DNA of 61,541 nucleotides, taken from positions 79,233,248 through 79,294,788 of the forward strand of contig NC_068985.1 in the NCBI RefSeq assembly GCF_001194135.2, in the 5' to 3' direction. Shown here piece after piece: positions 48,862 to 61,541 of this stretch. Under the pieces are notes generated by a model. It searched no databases and was not told where the DNA came from. It saw only the letters and a program-made list of their open reading frames with translations. Position numbers and translations under genes: made by a program. How positions within the stretch are numbered: the stretch's first letter is position 1; every line of letters starts with the position of its first letter. The DNA comes from Octopus bimaculoides. Taxonomy: Eukaryota.

Positions 48862-50054
48862 CACATACACACATATATATATATATACATATGTACATAT
48901 GTATGTATTTATGTGTGTGTGTATGTATGTATATATGTATGAATGTGTGTGCGTGTGTGAGTGCGTATAAATTTAAGTTACAGTATATGCATTCAAGTAA
49001 TCAGATAGTACTCATAACAAAGGCTTCTTAATGCATTATTCCACAAAGCCTATAGAATATATCGTAGGACACAAGAGAAAACGATGAGAAGAGTAAAGCG
49101 TCACAAATGACAGAGAAATATTTAGATGAAGACGGATGAAATTATTTAACATTACATCATAAATCTGAATTTCATTTAACAGTAGGAAAGCAACGGTTTG
49201 ACCTTCCGTGGGAAATCTTCAAGCAAGCAGATGCTTGAAAAATGGATGTTGTATTTGTAGGTGGTAGGCTTCTCTAGAAGTGTTTGTATTGTGCATGGCA
49301 TGGAGTGGATGGGTTTTTCTTGGTGAGTTTGCTTCTCTTTTTAGTTTAGTTGCTTTCATCCGTCAATGAATGTTTTCGTGGTGTAGGCGTTTATGCATGT
49401 GCTTGTGTGTGTGCATCTACATATGTGTATGTATATGTGTGTGCGCGTATACGTATTTGTATGTATATGTGTGGGTTCATGTATGTATGTATGTGTGTGT
49501 GTGTGTGTGTGTGTGAGTGTGTATGAGTGAATGTGTGTATGTGTGCGCGCGCGTGTATGTGTATTCTCGTTTAGGCAACAGAGGATTTTTTGTCAAAATG
49601 AATGTTTGCCTTTTTCTTGAATGGTGACATTGCTATTAATAGGGTTGAGAGAAATAAAAAAAAATTATAGTCGGCGAATTAATGCTTTTGTTGTTTAAAT
49701 GTCATTAGTGTCATTAATGTTGGGTTGAGTAGTTTTATTATAACTGAATGTGAGTGTAGGTGGCTATTGTGTTGCTCTCTTTGATGGAATATCAATGCTC
49801 TGAAACCATATACACTTATACAATAAAATCTATTCCACTCACTCGTCAACGGCCCCACCAGACCTTCAATCGAATAACAATTTAAACAGGTTTTTAATTT
49901 ATTTCCAGCATTTTTTAATGAGCTGTTCAAATCAAAATTCATATAAGTTATACGACTATTAAAATTATCATACGTAGCATATGCATATTAACCAAAAATT
50001 CTTTGTCGGCCAAATTGAAACACATCAGGTGTGTATACGTATGAGGAATGTGGC

Positions 50055-50326
50055 GTCGCAGGAGTGGCTGTGTGGTAAGTAGCTTGCTTACCAGCCACAT
50101 GGTTTTGGGTTCAGTCCCACTGCGTGGCACCTTGGGCAAGTGTCTTCTACTATAGCCTCGGGTCGACCAAAGCCTTGTGAGTGGATTTGGTAGACGGAAA
50201 CTGAAAGAAGCCTGTCGTATATATGTATATATATATGTATATATGTATGTATGTGTATATGTTTGTGTGTCTGTGTTTGTCCCCCCAACATCGCTTGACA
50301 ACCGATAGTGGTGTGTTTACGTCCCC
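50055..50326 (+). mobile_element. Well-preserved SINE family D (cut by gap)
   Basis: gcaggagtggctgtgtggtaag (A box) ... gggttcagtccc (B box) ... gccttgtgagtggatttggtagacggaaactgaaagaagcc. Confidence 0.92.
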
Positions 50327-50929
50327 NNNNNNNNNNNNNNNNNNNNNNNNNNNNNNNNNNNNNNNNNNNNNNNNNNNNNNNNNNNNNNNNNNNNNNNNNN
50401 NNNNNNNNNNNNNNNNNNNNNNNNNNNNNNNNNNNNNNNNNNNNNNNNNNNNNNNNNNNNNNNNNNNNNNNNNNNNNNNNNNNNNNNNNNNNNNNNNNNN
50501 NNNNNNNNNNNNNNNNNNNNNNNNNNNNNNNNNNNNNNNNNNNNNNNNNNNNNNNNNNNNNNNNNNNNNNNNNNNNNNNNNNNNNNNNNNNNNNNNNNNN
50601 NNNNNNNNNNNNNNNNNNNNNNNNNNNNNNNNNNNNNNNNNNNNNNNNNNNNNNNNNNNNNNNNNNNNNTATAATTATTATAAATTAAAAGGGTAAAGAT
50701 TTATCAATTTATGCTTGCTGATCCCTTGATTATGTTTATATATATATATATATATATTAGAAATATATATATATAAACACAAGATGCTACAATCATATGT
50801 TAATATATTAAGATATATTAAATACATTATAGTATCAGTAGCTCGCTAGCAATTAAAAGGCAACAGCTGCAACAGGGACTACGAAGCCGTGGCCAGCAGG
50901 AAGGTACACAGCAGGTATTCTGACTGTGT

Positions 50930-51270
50930 CAGGAAGCAGTATTCCATTTCCTCATATATTTGAACTTAGGCCTAAGGTTCAATTCAGACGGCAATATGAA
51001 GCTGCTGGAGACCCTGGTCAATTCCCGGCAGGAGAGCATTGCTGGTGGAAGGCCATACCTCCGGAAAGAATCAGAATAGGTTCTACGCCTTCAGTTTCTG
51101 GCCTCCTAATTCCTTCGATTGTAATCGCAAGTATTACTCTGTAGGGAGCTGCAACACCAGGGCCGAGGCGGTAACCAGGATCAAGTGAGGAACGCATGCG
51201 CCAGCTTCTAGAGCCATCTTAAGTTCGTGGGGGAAGCTGAGGACGCCTAGATTGAGTAAACTAGTATCCC
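50930..51270 (+). mobile_element. maT/DD37D-like fragment
   Basis: ttcaattcagacggcaatatgaagctgctggagaccctggtc = NSDGNMKLLETLV...IAGGRPY, homologous to 3898-3970. Confidence 0.7.
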
Positions 51271-52687
51271 CCAGCCATAATCTAATTGATATTTTGATCT
51301 TTTAAAACACTTTATTTTTGAATGGGATATTGTGTTTTCTTTTTCTTTTGTGGGTAATGCGATGCCGAACGACATCATAACAACACTAGGGATTTCCTTT
51401 GTGCCGCATCCTCGTATGTATCTATTTACCGCGCAACTATTTATAAAGGGATTTTCACACTCAGGGCTTTTTCTGATCTCCTGTTTTATATTCCTTTGTT
51501 ATGTATATGTAGTTGACGATTTGCTGTATAAATACGAATGTCGTAATCTGACTTGATACCTGTTGCCTACATATCCTTGCTTCTGTTCTGTCATAGATAC
51601 ATACATACATACATACATACATNNNNNNNNNNTTATAAAACAATTATTTGTCAGTTTTCAGACTAATATAAATGATATAAATATATATTTGACAGATTCT
51701 GTCTTCGATTTTTTTCCATAAGTTATCTATCAACTATCTTAAGGTATATTATGTTATATAAAATACACAATGAAGATTAAAACATAACCATGCAGTCATG
51801 GTAGACCTCACAAATGCAGATAATCAGTGAACGAGTCTTAAAGAACATTTAAAAACTGCAAAGATGTACAATACCACAAATAATCTCTCTCTCCACTCTC
51901 TTTCTGTATAAAATTTGCCCTGTTTATAACTGTACCATATGTTACATAAATAATATATATATCATACCTTGATACTGTGTGGACTAAGATCCCCGTTGAC
52001 AGGCCGCTGGCATTTGCAGAGTATTAAACACTTTCGGTATGCAAATTAAGGACTCCTTCATAGAATAACTGCTGCATTTGTTGAGTTTATAAACAGTTTG
52101 GCTGCTTGTTTTACTGGAGACTGACAGATTGACGTAGATGCTTCTGATGAATGCCCAATAAGATTCGAAAATCGATTAAGGTTGTTCATAATTTTTTTTT
52201 TCAGTCTGCCGAGACATGGCTAAAATTTGCTCTTTTTATAATTATACCATATTATATANNNNNNNNNNNNNNNNNNNNNNNNNNNNNNNNNNNNNNNNNN
52301 NNNNNNNNNNNNNNNNNNNNNNNNNNNNNNNNNNNNNNNNNNNNNNNNNNNNNNNNNNNNNNNNNNNNNNNNNNNNNNNNNNNNNNNNNNNNNNNNNNNN
52401 NNNNNNNNNNNNNNNNNNNNNNNNNNNNNNNNNNNNNNNNNNNNNNNNNNNNNNNNNNNNNNNNNNNNNNNNNNNNNNNNNNNNNNNNNNNNNNNNNNNN
52501 NNNNNNNNNNNNNNNNNNNNNNNNNNNNNNNNNNNNNNNNNNNNNNNNNNNNNNNNNNNNNNNNNNNNNNNNNNNNNNNNNNNNNNNNNNNNNNNNNNNN
52601 NNNNNNNNNNNNNNNNNNNNNNNNNNNNNNNNNNNNNNNNNNNNNNNNNNNNNNNNNNNNNNNNNNNNNNNNNNNNNNNNNNNNNNN

Positions 52688-53403
52688 TTTTTCTTCACCT
52701 CTTCCACATCTACAAATTCCGTAGCATCAACTTCCGTCACCTGTGATGACTCTCGAAAAAAGGTCCGGATCAACTTCCAACTGTTCTTTCAGTTCACAAC
52801 AAGCATTCAGTCGTGATTGCTTTTGATCTTTCGTAAATAAGAGAGGCACAAATTTTGCTGTAACTCTTTTCATTCGCAATTCCTCGCTCAAAAAATTCGT
52901 TGGAAGGATCTCCAGGACACACCAGTCATATCAAGTTCTTTAATTGTTCAGTGACACTCCTCCAAGATCATATCATAAATTTTCATGATGTTTTCATTCG
53001 TTCGGGTGGTCAACGGTCGTCCTTAACGAGGTTGGTCTTCAAGCGACAAGTGATCATTCTTAAAGTATGGAAACCACTCCTATACATATGTTTTGCTCAT
53101 GGCAACGTCCTTCTAAGCTGTTTGAAGCATGACAACTATTTCGGCCACCATTTTCCCCAGCAGAAGACAGAATTTCACGGGAACACGCTCTCCCTTTGAT
53201 TCAGCCATCGCAAAAATCGACGAACAAGGGAGGAACACGGCAAAGCAAAAGTGCACCACAGGACAATACTACATCACGGAACGATGCTGGTTGGCAGACT
53301 GATGCCTGAGGGCCGCATCAAGTGACTTCTAGCGGCGGAAGCTTGAACTACAACGGTCTTGTCCCACGGGGAACGTTTCTGGTTATTTTTGGGTAACCTT
53401 TGT
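52688..53403 (-). mobile_element. Mariner, 5' part with internal deletion
   Basis: Minus strand: terminal tacaaaggttacccaaaaataacc, N-terminal coding remnants, then VITGDGS*CY fused to FVDVEEVKK. Confidence 0.7.
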
Positions 53404-53589
53404 ATGTGTATATGCATTGATACATACATACGTACATACATACATAATACACACACACAAACACACACACATTCATGCATTTACATGTATATATTATACA
53501 ATGTATTCTAGTATATATTTAATAATTTAATAAGACCCAATGTATTGTAATAAAAGTTGCTGCACATGTTAATAAGGCTTCTGATAAGA

Positions 53590-54510
53590 TTATTCTATGA
53601 GTCCGCTTTCAGCTACGATGACTACTTCAATATCCGCGCAGAATTGTTCATATGCCTGCACTAAAGGGTCCTTATTTATTTCAGGCATCACCTTGAAAAT
53701 GGCAACCTGTGAAGTTATGGTATTATGAAAATGTCGATTAGTCTCCGTTTTAACAACACGCCAAAGGATTTAAGTTTGACGAATTTGGAGGACACAAGTC
53801 GAATGTTACATGGCGGTAAACATTGTCTGGCATCCATTCTTGGGTTACGTGGGCTTTCTGGTATAATCTCGAGTGTTGTTGACACATGTATGGCCTTCTA
53901 CTGTCTACTTCAACCACTCAGGGTTTAACAACAGTCTCCAGAACCTCAACGTATCCAATAGGCATTAATTTAAAATCCTGTGGAAAGATGTGAGGTAGCA
54001 TGATATGATTCGTTACTCACCACTGTTAAAACAATAATGCTTGCTGAAATTTAGTTTGTATCACTCTGGAGACTTCCGAAATCTCAGCACATAACCATCT
54101 GCCGCTTCTCCTCTTAGACTTTTGGCCTTGGTTGAAGTTATCAAAGAAGCAAAGCATGCCATTTCCGTGATTTAACTGTGTTAAGTAACCGCTTGGTACG
54201 AATCACACATATCTTTTGTATACTTGCTGACATGAATTGGCCTCGCCTCAGTATATAGGACTTGTATCGAATGTCCTGGTGTACCTTAGGACTATGGTGC
54301 ACGACGACATCCAGTTGCTGCTAGTCGTCTATTCCAATACCTGAAGATCTTTGTCGGTGTCCCTCGTTCATTCAACAGAATCATAATCGTTAATCTTTTG
54401 AACCTACTGGATGAACAGTGTCTGGAATTTTAGAAGGTTTTTTTTTTCTCTTTGATACAGTTGAAACATTCTGCCAGAGGCTTCCAAGTCTATCCAAATT
54501 CTATGCACAT
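53590..54510 (-). mobile_element. maT/DD37D-like transposon, decayed
   Basis: Minus translation YVEVLETVVKP..RRPYMCQQHSRLYQKAHVTQEWMPDNVYRHVTFDLCPPNSSNLNPL: 37 residues separate the mutated second-Asp position from the expected third-Asp position. Confidence 0.85.
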
Positions 54511-54738
54511 AAGTTCTTGCAACACTTAGAAAGATGGTAATTTCTAAATCAGTGTTACTGACTTTGCCTTTGTTCAGGGCGATGGCGACATATCATTTCA
54601 TTTCTTGTATTAACTTTTTATCTGGCATGACAGATAGGAAAGAAATAAGAAACAAACATTTAATTGTTTTGCAGAGAGCAAAATACAGATATTTAAGTGT
54701 CCTCAAAAACACGTCACACCCTATATATACATACATAT

Positions 54739-54809
<71 letters not shown>

Positions 54810-55424
54810 NNNNNNNNNNNNNNNNNNNNNNNNNNNNNNNNNNNNNNNNNNNNNNNNNNNNNNNNNNNNNNNNNNNNNNNNNNNNNNNNNNNNNNNNNNN
54901 NNNNNNNNNNNNNNNNNNNNNNNNNNNNNNNNNNNNNNNNNNNNNNNNNNNNNNNNNNNNNNNNNNNNNNNNNNNNNNNNNNNNNNNNNNNNNNNNNNNN
55001 NNNNNNNNNNNNNNNNNNNNNNNNNNNNNNNNNNNNNNNNNNNNNNNNNNNNNNNNNNNNNNNNNNNNNNNNNNNNNNNNNNNNNNNNNNNNNNNNNNNN
55101 NNNNNNNNNNNNNNNNNNNNNNNNNNNNNNNNNNNNNNNNNNNNNNNNNNNNNNNNNNNNNNNNNNNNNNNNNNNNNNNNNNNNNNNNNNNNNNNNNNNN
55201 NNNNNNNNNNNNNNNNNNNNNNNNNNNNNNNNNNNNNNNNNNNNNNNNNNNNNNNNNNNNNNNNNNNNNNNNNNNNNNNNNNNNNNNNNNNNNNNNNNNN
55301 NNNNNNNNNNNNNNNNNNNNNNNNNNNNNNNNNNNNNNNNNNNNNNNNNNNNNNNNNNNNNNNNNNNNNNNNNNNNNNNNNNNNNNNNNNNNNNNNNNNN
55401 NNNNNNNNNNNNNNNNNNNNNNNN

Positions 55425-55463
<39 letters not shown>

Positions 55464-55994
55464 AATAATAATGAAGAGTTGAACATTTGTTAAGCATACA
55501 TCAATATACATATTATGTTTTGAGCTAAACAAGTTTCAGTTTTTAACATAGGAGGTAAATATTTTTTATAGATTTATATATACGAAAGTTAAGCACGAAA
55601 ATATGTTTTCACGTAACAAATGTTTTCGTATAATAGTTTTACTGAAAAAATAAATATTAGTATATGTTTTGGCAACAGCACACACACAAAAAAAAATAGA
55701 GGGAGATAAAATAGTCATACTCTACTTAAAGTTTCTGATATAAAAAAAAATGTTTTCGTATAAAAAAATTTTGGTGAATAAATTTTGATACGATGTAACC
55801 AAAATATTTAGCAGTAGAGGAAAAATCATATTTTCCTGACCGCTCCCAGTGTTTGTTGTCATTCGGCTTAATAAAGTTCAAAGTGACTTTTGAATGAATT
55901 TTAATAACAAACAAACAACCAAACAAACACCCCACCACCACACACACACACAGAAACTGTGCTTGTATGTATGTATCTATTATTGTATGCATGC

Positions 55995-56206
55995 ATGTAT
56001 ATTTCTTTATTGCCCACAGAGGATAATAATAGAGCGGACAAACAAGGACATACAAAGGGATTAAGTTGATTACATCGACCCCGGTGCGTAATTGGTACTT
56101 ATTTAATCGACTCCGAAAGGATGAAAGGCAAAGTCAACCTCGGAGGAATTTGAGCTCAGAACGTAACGGCATTTCGCCCGGCGTGCTAACGATTCTGCCA
56201 GTTCGC
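55995..56206 (-). mobile_element. Full-length SINE family A
   Basis: Nearly colinear with 12044-12272. Confidence 0.92.
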
Positions 56207-56259
56207 ATGTATGCATATGTATGTATGTGTGCGCATATCAATTCTCTTGAACTGTAATG

Positions 56260-57166
56260 GGATCATTATTGTTCATGGTAGCTCAGTTAGACCTACCCTC
56301 CGTCATATAGTCAGTTACTCTCACCAGTTAAGCCGACCTGGGAATCCACACGAATGGCGATGTGTTGTTCCGAGTGCATATTACTATGAAAATAATACTA
56401 TGCACCTGATTGACATGTTGGATTCTAAGATCACTGACAACACACACAAAAATGGAATCATGTTGTTCTTATGAAGAACATTTCTGCTTAGTCGCCAAGA
56501 TTACTGTTCTCAATTGTGGTCGCCACAAAGTGTCACATTATTGAGAGAATCCGAGACAATCCAACGTCGCTATAGCAGGAAGACTACCTCAGTACAACAG
56601 ATGGACTACTAGGAGTGGGTAAAACAGCTGAGACTCTACTGCCTAGAGATAATATACGAAATGTATGCAGTGATATATATATATATATATATATATANNN
56701 NNNNNNNNNNNNNNNNNNNNNNNNNNNNNNNNNNNNNNNNNNNNNNNNNNNNNNNNNNNNNNNNNNNNNNNNNNNNNNNNNNNNNNNNNNNNNNNNNNNN
56801 NNNNNNNNNNNNNNNNNNNNNNNNNNNNNNNNNNNNNNNNNNNNNNNNNNNNNNNNNNNNNNNNNNNNNNNNNNNNNNNNNNNNNNNNNNNNNNNNNNNN
56901 NNNNNNNNNNNNNNNNNNNNNNNNNNNNNNNNNNNNNNNNNNNNNNNNNNNNNNNNNNNNNNNNNNNNNNNNNNNNNNNNNNNNNNNNNNNNNNNNNNNN
57001 NNNNNNNNNNNNNNNNNNNNNNNNNNNNNNNNNNNNNNNNNNNNNNNNNNNNNNNNNNNNNNNNNNNNNNNNNNNNNNNNNNNNNNNNNNNNNNNNNNNN
57101 NNNNNNNNNNNNNNNNNNNNNNNNNNNNNNNNNNNNNNNNNNNNNNNNNNNNNNNNNNNNNNNNNN

Positions 57167-57209
<43 letters not shown>

Positions 57210-57545
57210 TATACATATATACGACGTGCTTCTGTCACTTTCCGTCTACCAAATCCACTCACAAGGCATTGGTCGGCCCGAAGCTATATTAGAAGACACA
57301 TGCCCAAGGTGCCCCGTAGTGGGACTGAACCCGGAACCATGTGGTTGGTAAGCAAGCTACTTACCACACAGCCACTCCGAGAGATTCTAGCACTCATCTT
57401 ACGGAATGAAAGCTATCTCAATAAGCCGAGTGGATGTCACTGTATTGTATTAAAATCGCATCATGTCGACCAGAGTGAGAACCTAATATTGTTACAGCTT
57501 AGAATTTAAAGACCACCAACTTTTCAATGCATTGCCAAAAGTCCT
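56260..57545 (+). mobile_element. CR1/L2-type LINE 3' region, split by a gap, microsatellites and a SINE
   Basis: 56481-56525 = FLLSRQDYCSQLWSP; decayed continuation to ~56670 and again at ~57380-57545 (..PTFQCIAK/LFNALPK-like end). Confidence 0.75.
57217..57378 (-). mobile_element. SINE family D nested in the CR1/L2 fragment
   Basis: Reverse complement of 50055-50215. Confidence 0.9.
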
Positions 57546-57779
57546 CTGCGAACAACTGTTTCATTCGCTCCCTCATCAGGAGCGATTCCAGAGACACGAC
57601 CGGAAAGTGAGTTTAATGGCGGTGGCCTGGCATGTCCACAGCGTCTGGCTGAAACGGATAATAAAGTAATAATAGAATATGCATATTAGTCATCACACCT
57701 GTCCTTCTAGGTTTGCTTTTCTCCCATATTCTTCATTGCTATAGCCATATATTGGTTCTAGGCAAACAATTTCTAAAAA

Positions 57780-57905
57780 GGAGAAAAATCGACTACATTG
57801 ACCCCAGTGTTCAACTAGTACTTATTTTATCGACCCAGAAAGGATGACAAGCAAAGTCGACCTCGGCGGGATTTGAACTCAGAACGTGAAGACAGACGAA
57901 ATACC
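57780..57905 (-). mobile_element. SINE family A, partial
   Basis: gaccccagtgttcaactagtactt...aaagtcgacctcggcgggatttgaactcagaacg. Confidence 0.85.
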
Positions 57906-58336
57906 ACAATATAATTAAATTAAGTCATAATCAAATTACCTTCTTAGTATCCGTGTGCATGTAGAGTTATACGTGTTTGGGTATGGATGACTCGTGAATG
58001 ACCATATATGTGTACGTGAGCTTATGTGCATGTATGTTATTGTTCAATTTTATTTCAAGATTTCTTGCCAATAAAGTGTCGGTTTCTATCTTAGATCCAA
58101 GGCTCCTTCTTTGGAATTTCAACATCAACAAAGTACATTTGCATGTATGTATGTATGTATGTATGTATGTATGTATGTATGTATGTATGTATGTATGTAT
58201 ATGTGCAGATTTGTGTTTTGTTTTATGTATGTACTCTCATGCATATAGCTGCATATCTAGATATGCTCATATATACTTAAATGATAAACTTCTGGAAGTT
58301 GTACAGATATAGTGTATATGTATGTATGTATGTATG

Positions 58337-58370
<34 letters not shown>

Positions 58371-58536
58371 TGTATGTATGTATGTATATTTGTTTTTCGT
58401 GCATATCTCTGTATGTATCCGTGTGCTCCCTCATCAGAACTACCTGTTTTGTGTCTTTCTACCGCCGTCCATTTCTTTTTCTATTTCAATCCGTATTTCT
58501 TTGTCACCCCCTATATACGTCATGCATTGTCACATC

Positions 58537-59015
58537 TTTTACCGTAAGACAGCATTTCCCTCTACGGTAACTGCAGTGAATTTGTTTTTTAGGAGTTGAA
58601 ATATGTCTCAAACACATTTTAACTAACCTAAACTTTGCTTATGCCTAAACACAGCTTGACGTTGATATTATGGTAATTTCCACAAACTCGGCCGTCTACT
58701 TGCCCAAATCAGTTAATGTCGTTGCCTGTATTTTATTAAAAGCTATGCTTTGATAAGGTCTGTCCCGAGTGGCTTCTCTTAGGTATTTCCCATTGATACG
58801 GGTAAAGAGCTAGAAACATCGATGTCTGGGAACCCTGATATATGACAACACTGGACAGATATGGGGTTTTTACACATTTTTCTTTTACCATAAAGCAGAA
58901 TTTTTGTCCACGGTAACTGCAGTGAATTTGCATTTTAGTAGTTGAATCCATGTCACAAACATATTTTAACTAACCTAAACTTTGCTGATGCCAAATGGCA
59001 CTGATATTACGGTAA
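58537..59015 (+). repeat. Direct duplication of ~135 bp (58537-58677 and 58884-59015)
   Basis: Shared acggtaactgcagtgaatttg, ttttaactaacctaaactttgct and tgatatta.ggtaat. Confidence 0.85.
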
Positions 59016-59728
59016 TATATATATATATATATTAATAAAATACAGGGTAGCAAAGAAAATTTTAGAAATTTTATTTTACCACCAGTGGTCTAGCGAGGGT
59101 AAAAAAACAGTCAATAGACTATGTATTATTCATTTAAAATACAGAGATGCCTGTAATAGGACATCTAACCCGCTAGAAATAGCAGCAAGACTACATACCA
59201 CAAAAAGTAGGGATAATTTCGAAAGGGAATGAAAAGTAAAAACATTTACCGATCTATATTCTGTACCATGGTTTCAAGTCAATTTTAGTAAGATAAAAAT
59301 TATATATCTCACAAAAGGTCGGACTATCATCAGCAGAATGACCAGNNNNNNNNNNNNNNNNNNNNNNNNNNNNNNNNNNNNNNNNNNNNNNNNNNNNNNN
59401 NNNNNNNNNNNNNNNNNNNNNNNNNNNNNNNNNNNNNNNNNNNNNNNNNNNNNNNNNNNNNNNNNNNNNNNNNNNNNNNNNNNNNNNNNNNNNNNNNNNN
59501 NNNNNNNNNNNNNNNNNNNNNNNNNNNNNNNNNNNNNNNNNNNNNNNNNNNNNNNNNNNNNNNNNNNNNNNNNNNNNNNNNNNNNNNNNNNNNNNNNNNN
59601 NNNTTTTCTCGCCTTCGTCATATATGTTAATTAAAATTACCTAACAGTTTAATGTTCAATTGTTTTCATATACAATAATTTATATACATGAACATAACTG
59701 TCAATGTCTACCTGACCGCTTCTCTCTT

Positions 59729-59759
<31 letters not shown>

Positions 59760-59830
59760 ATCTGTCTGCCCGTCTGTCTGTCAATGTATGTATGTATGTA
59801 TGTATATATGTATGTATGTATGTATGTCTC

Positions 59831-59883
<53 letters not shown>

Positions 59884-59964
59884 TCACTCTTTCTGTCTGT
59901 CTCTGTTTTGTCTGTCTGTCTCTTTCTTTCTATCTATCAACCCACCAACCTATGTCTCTCCTTC

Positions 59965-60075
59965 TCTCCCTCCGTCCGTCCCTCCGTCCGTCCCTCCGTC
60001 CGTCCGTCTGTCCGTCCCTCCCTCCGGTCCGTCTGTCCGTCCCTCCCTCCGGTCCGTCCGTCCGTCCGTCCCTCC
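59965..60075. repeat. GC-rich (CCGT/CCCT)n microsatellite
   Basis: Directly visible. Confidence 0.9.
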
Positions 60076-60316
60076 CTCTAAATCTGCAACCTGTCAGTCA
60101 ATCTGCCTGTCTGTTTTTCTCTCTGTCCATCGACGACAATCAAATTCAATTTCTGTATTTTTCCTTCGGAGTTTCGACTCTTTCTTTGAACGTGAAAAAT
60201 TTTATCAATATCCATTAGATGATCCCACTACGTTTCACCGTCTCTCCTCACTTCTGTCTTATATTTGTCTTTCTCCTTCTTTCGTCTTCATCTTCCATTT
60301 TCACCATCTTCACTAC

Positions 60317-60348
<32 letters not shown>

Positions 60349-60541
60349 AACGCCGGTGTATTAATGGTGGCACCTGATGAAGGATATGTTCTCTATGTGG
60401 CCTGCTTGTTTGTCGTACCTTGTTTATCATTTTGTCTATGTTCTTTTGCCACGTCATGTACCCAGTTATGTATCTATATGTACATGTAGATGAAGGTATG
60501 TACATACATGTACATATATATGCATATACTCACATATTGTT

Positions 60542-60576
<35 letters not shown>

Positions 60577-61068
60577 NNNNNNNNNNNNNNNNNNNNNNNN
60601 NNNNNNNNNNNNNNNNNNNNNNNNNNNNNNNNNNNNNNNNNNNNNNNNNNNNNNNNNNNNNNNNNNNNNNNNNNNNNNNNNNNNNNNNNNNNNNNNNNNN
60701 NNNNNNNNNNNNNNNNNNNNNNNNNNNNNNNNNNNNNNNNNNNNNNNNNNNNNNNNNNNNNNNNNNNNNNNNNNNNNNNNNNNNNNNNNNNNNNNNNNNN
60801 NNNNNNNNNNNNNNNNNNNNNNNNNNNNNNNNNNNNNNNNNNNNNNNNNNNNNNNNNNNNNNNNNNNNNNNNNNNNNNNNNNNNNNNNNNNNNNNNNNNN
60901 NNNNNNNNNNNNNNNNNNNNNNNNNNNNNNNNNNNNNNNNNNNNNTGTGTGTATATTTCTTTCTCACCCCCTTTCTATGTACACGTTCATACACTCTACC
61001 TCTCGAGACGCCTCCTTGCCATTCTCATTCCCTTCATATTTATCCTCCAACATATCCCCCACTTTTTG

Positions 61069-61104
<36 letters not shown>

Positions 61105-61541
61105 CTCTCCCCCCTCGCCATCTCTGCCTCTCTCTTCGTGGTATTACTACTTCCCCTTGCAATTTCTTTCTTCTTTCTTTGATTGCTTCATTCACCATTC
61201 TAGTTCCCATCTTCCCACACAATATTCCTATTTTCTTTCAGCCTCATAATTCTCCGTCTTTCTTTCTAATTAACTACTCCCAACCCCCTACACACACACA
61301 CACACACAGTGGATCTCTCTTTCTGTGTCTCACCTTCCTCTGCATGTCATAATCCCCCAATCATTATATCGTCTTTTGTCGTTCTCACAATATGTATGTA
61401 TAAATGTATAATGCATGCATGTATGTATGTATGTATGTATGTATGTATGTATTTATGTATGTATGTATGTATGTACGTATGCATGTGTGTATGTATGTAT
61501 GCATGTATGTATGTATGCATGTGTGTATGTATATATCTGTC

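Noticed and set aside
49679-49942. 87-aa minus ORF with faint GIY-YIG-like spacing
   Set aside because: The resemblance is too weak to distinguish from chance.
52144-52170. CTGATGA...GAAA
   Set aside because: Stem II cannot be formed convincingly and there is no stem I.

Overview
Very AT-rich, microsatellite-dense animal genomic DNA with 18 N-gaps, most flanked by (TA)n or (CA)n, as expected of a short-read scaffold. The SINE families and repeat style resemble octopus (coleoid cephalopod) DNA; this assignment is inferred from recognition, not searched. I can identify no host protein-coding gene, and only a few isolated splice-site-bounded segments are candidate exons, so this is probably intergenic or giant-intron sequence. 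The window is a patchwork of decayed mobile elements: at least three tRNA-derived SINE families, six mariner copies, four maT/DD37D-like copies, one pogo/Tigger fragment, L1/Tx1, CR1/L2, R4/Dong-like and other LINE fragments, and two Penelope-like elements (PLEs). The most structured part is 34.8-40.5 kb. It holds two long inverted duplications, a 46-bp satellite array with higher-order structure, and a PLE whose 3' unit combines a tRNA-like Pol III promoter with an intact minimal hammerhead ribozyme and whose truncated 5' end is an 80-bp fold-back. Also notable are a 180-bp insertion built from two nearby templates inside a SINE (8948-9127), a second inverted templated insertion (32067-32124), and several near-perfect hairpins. 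TE boundaries are approximate unless TSD or TIR coordinates are given. Identities were counted by eye.
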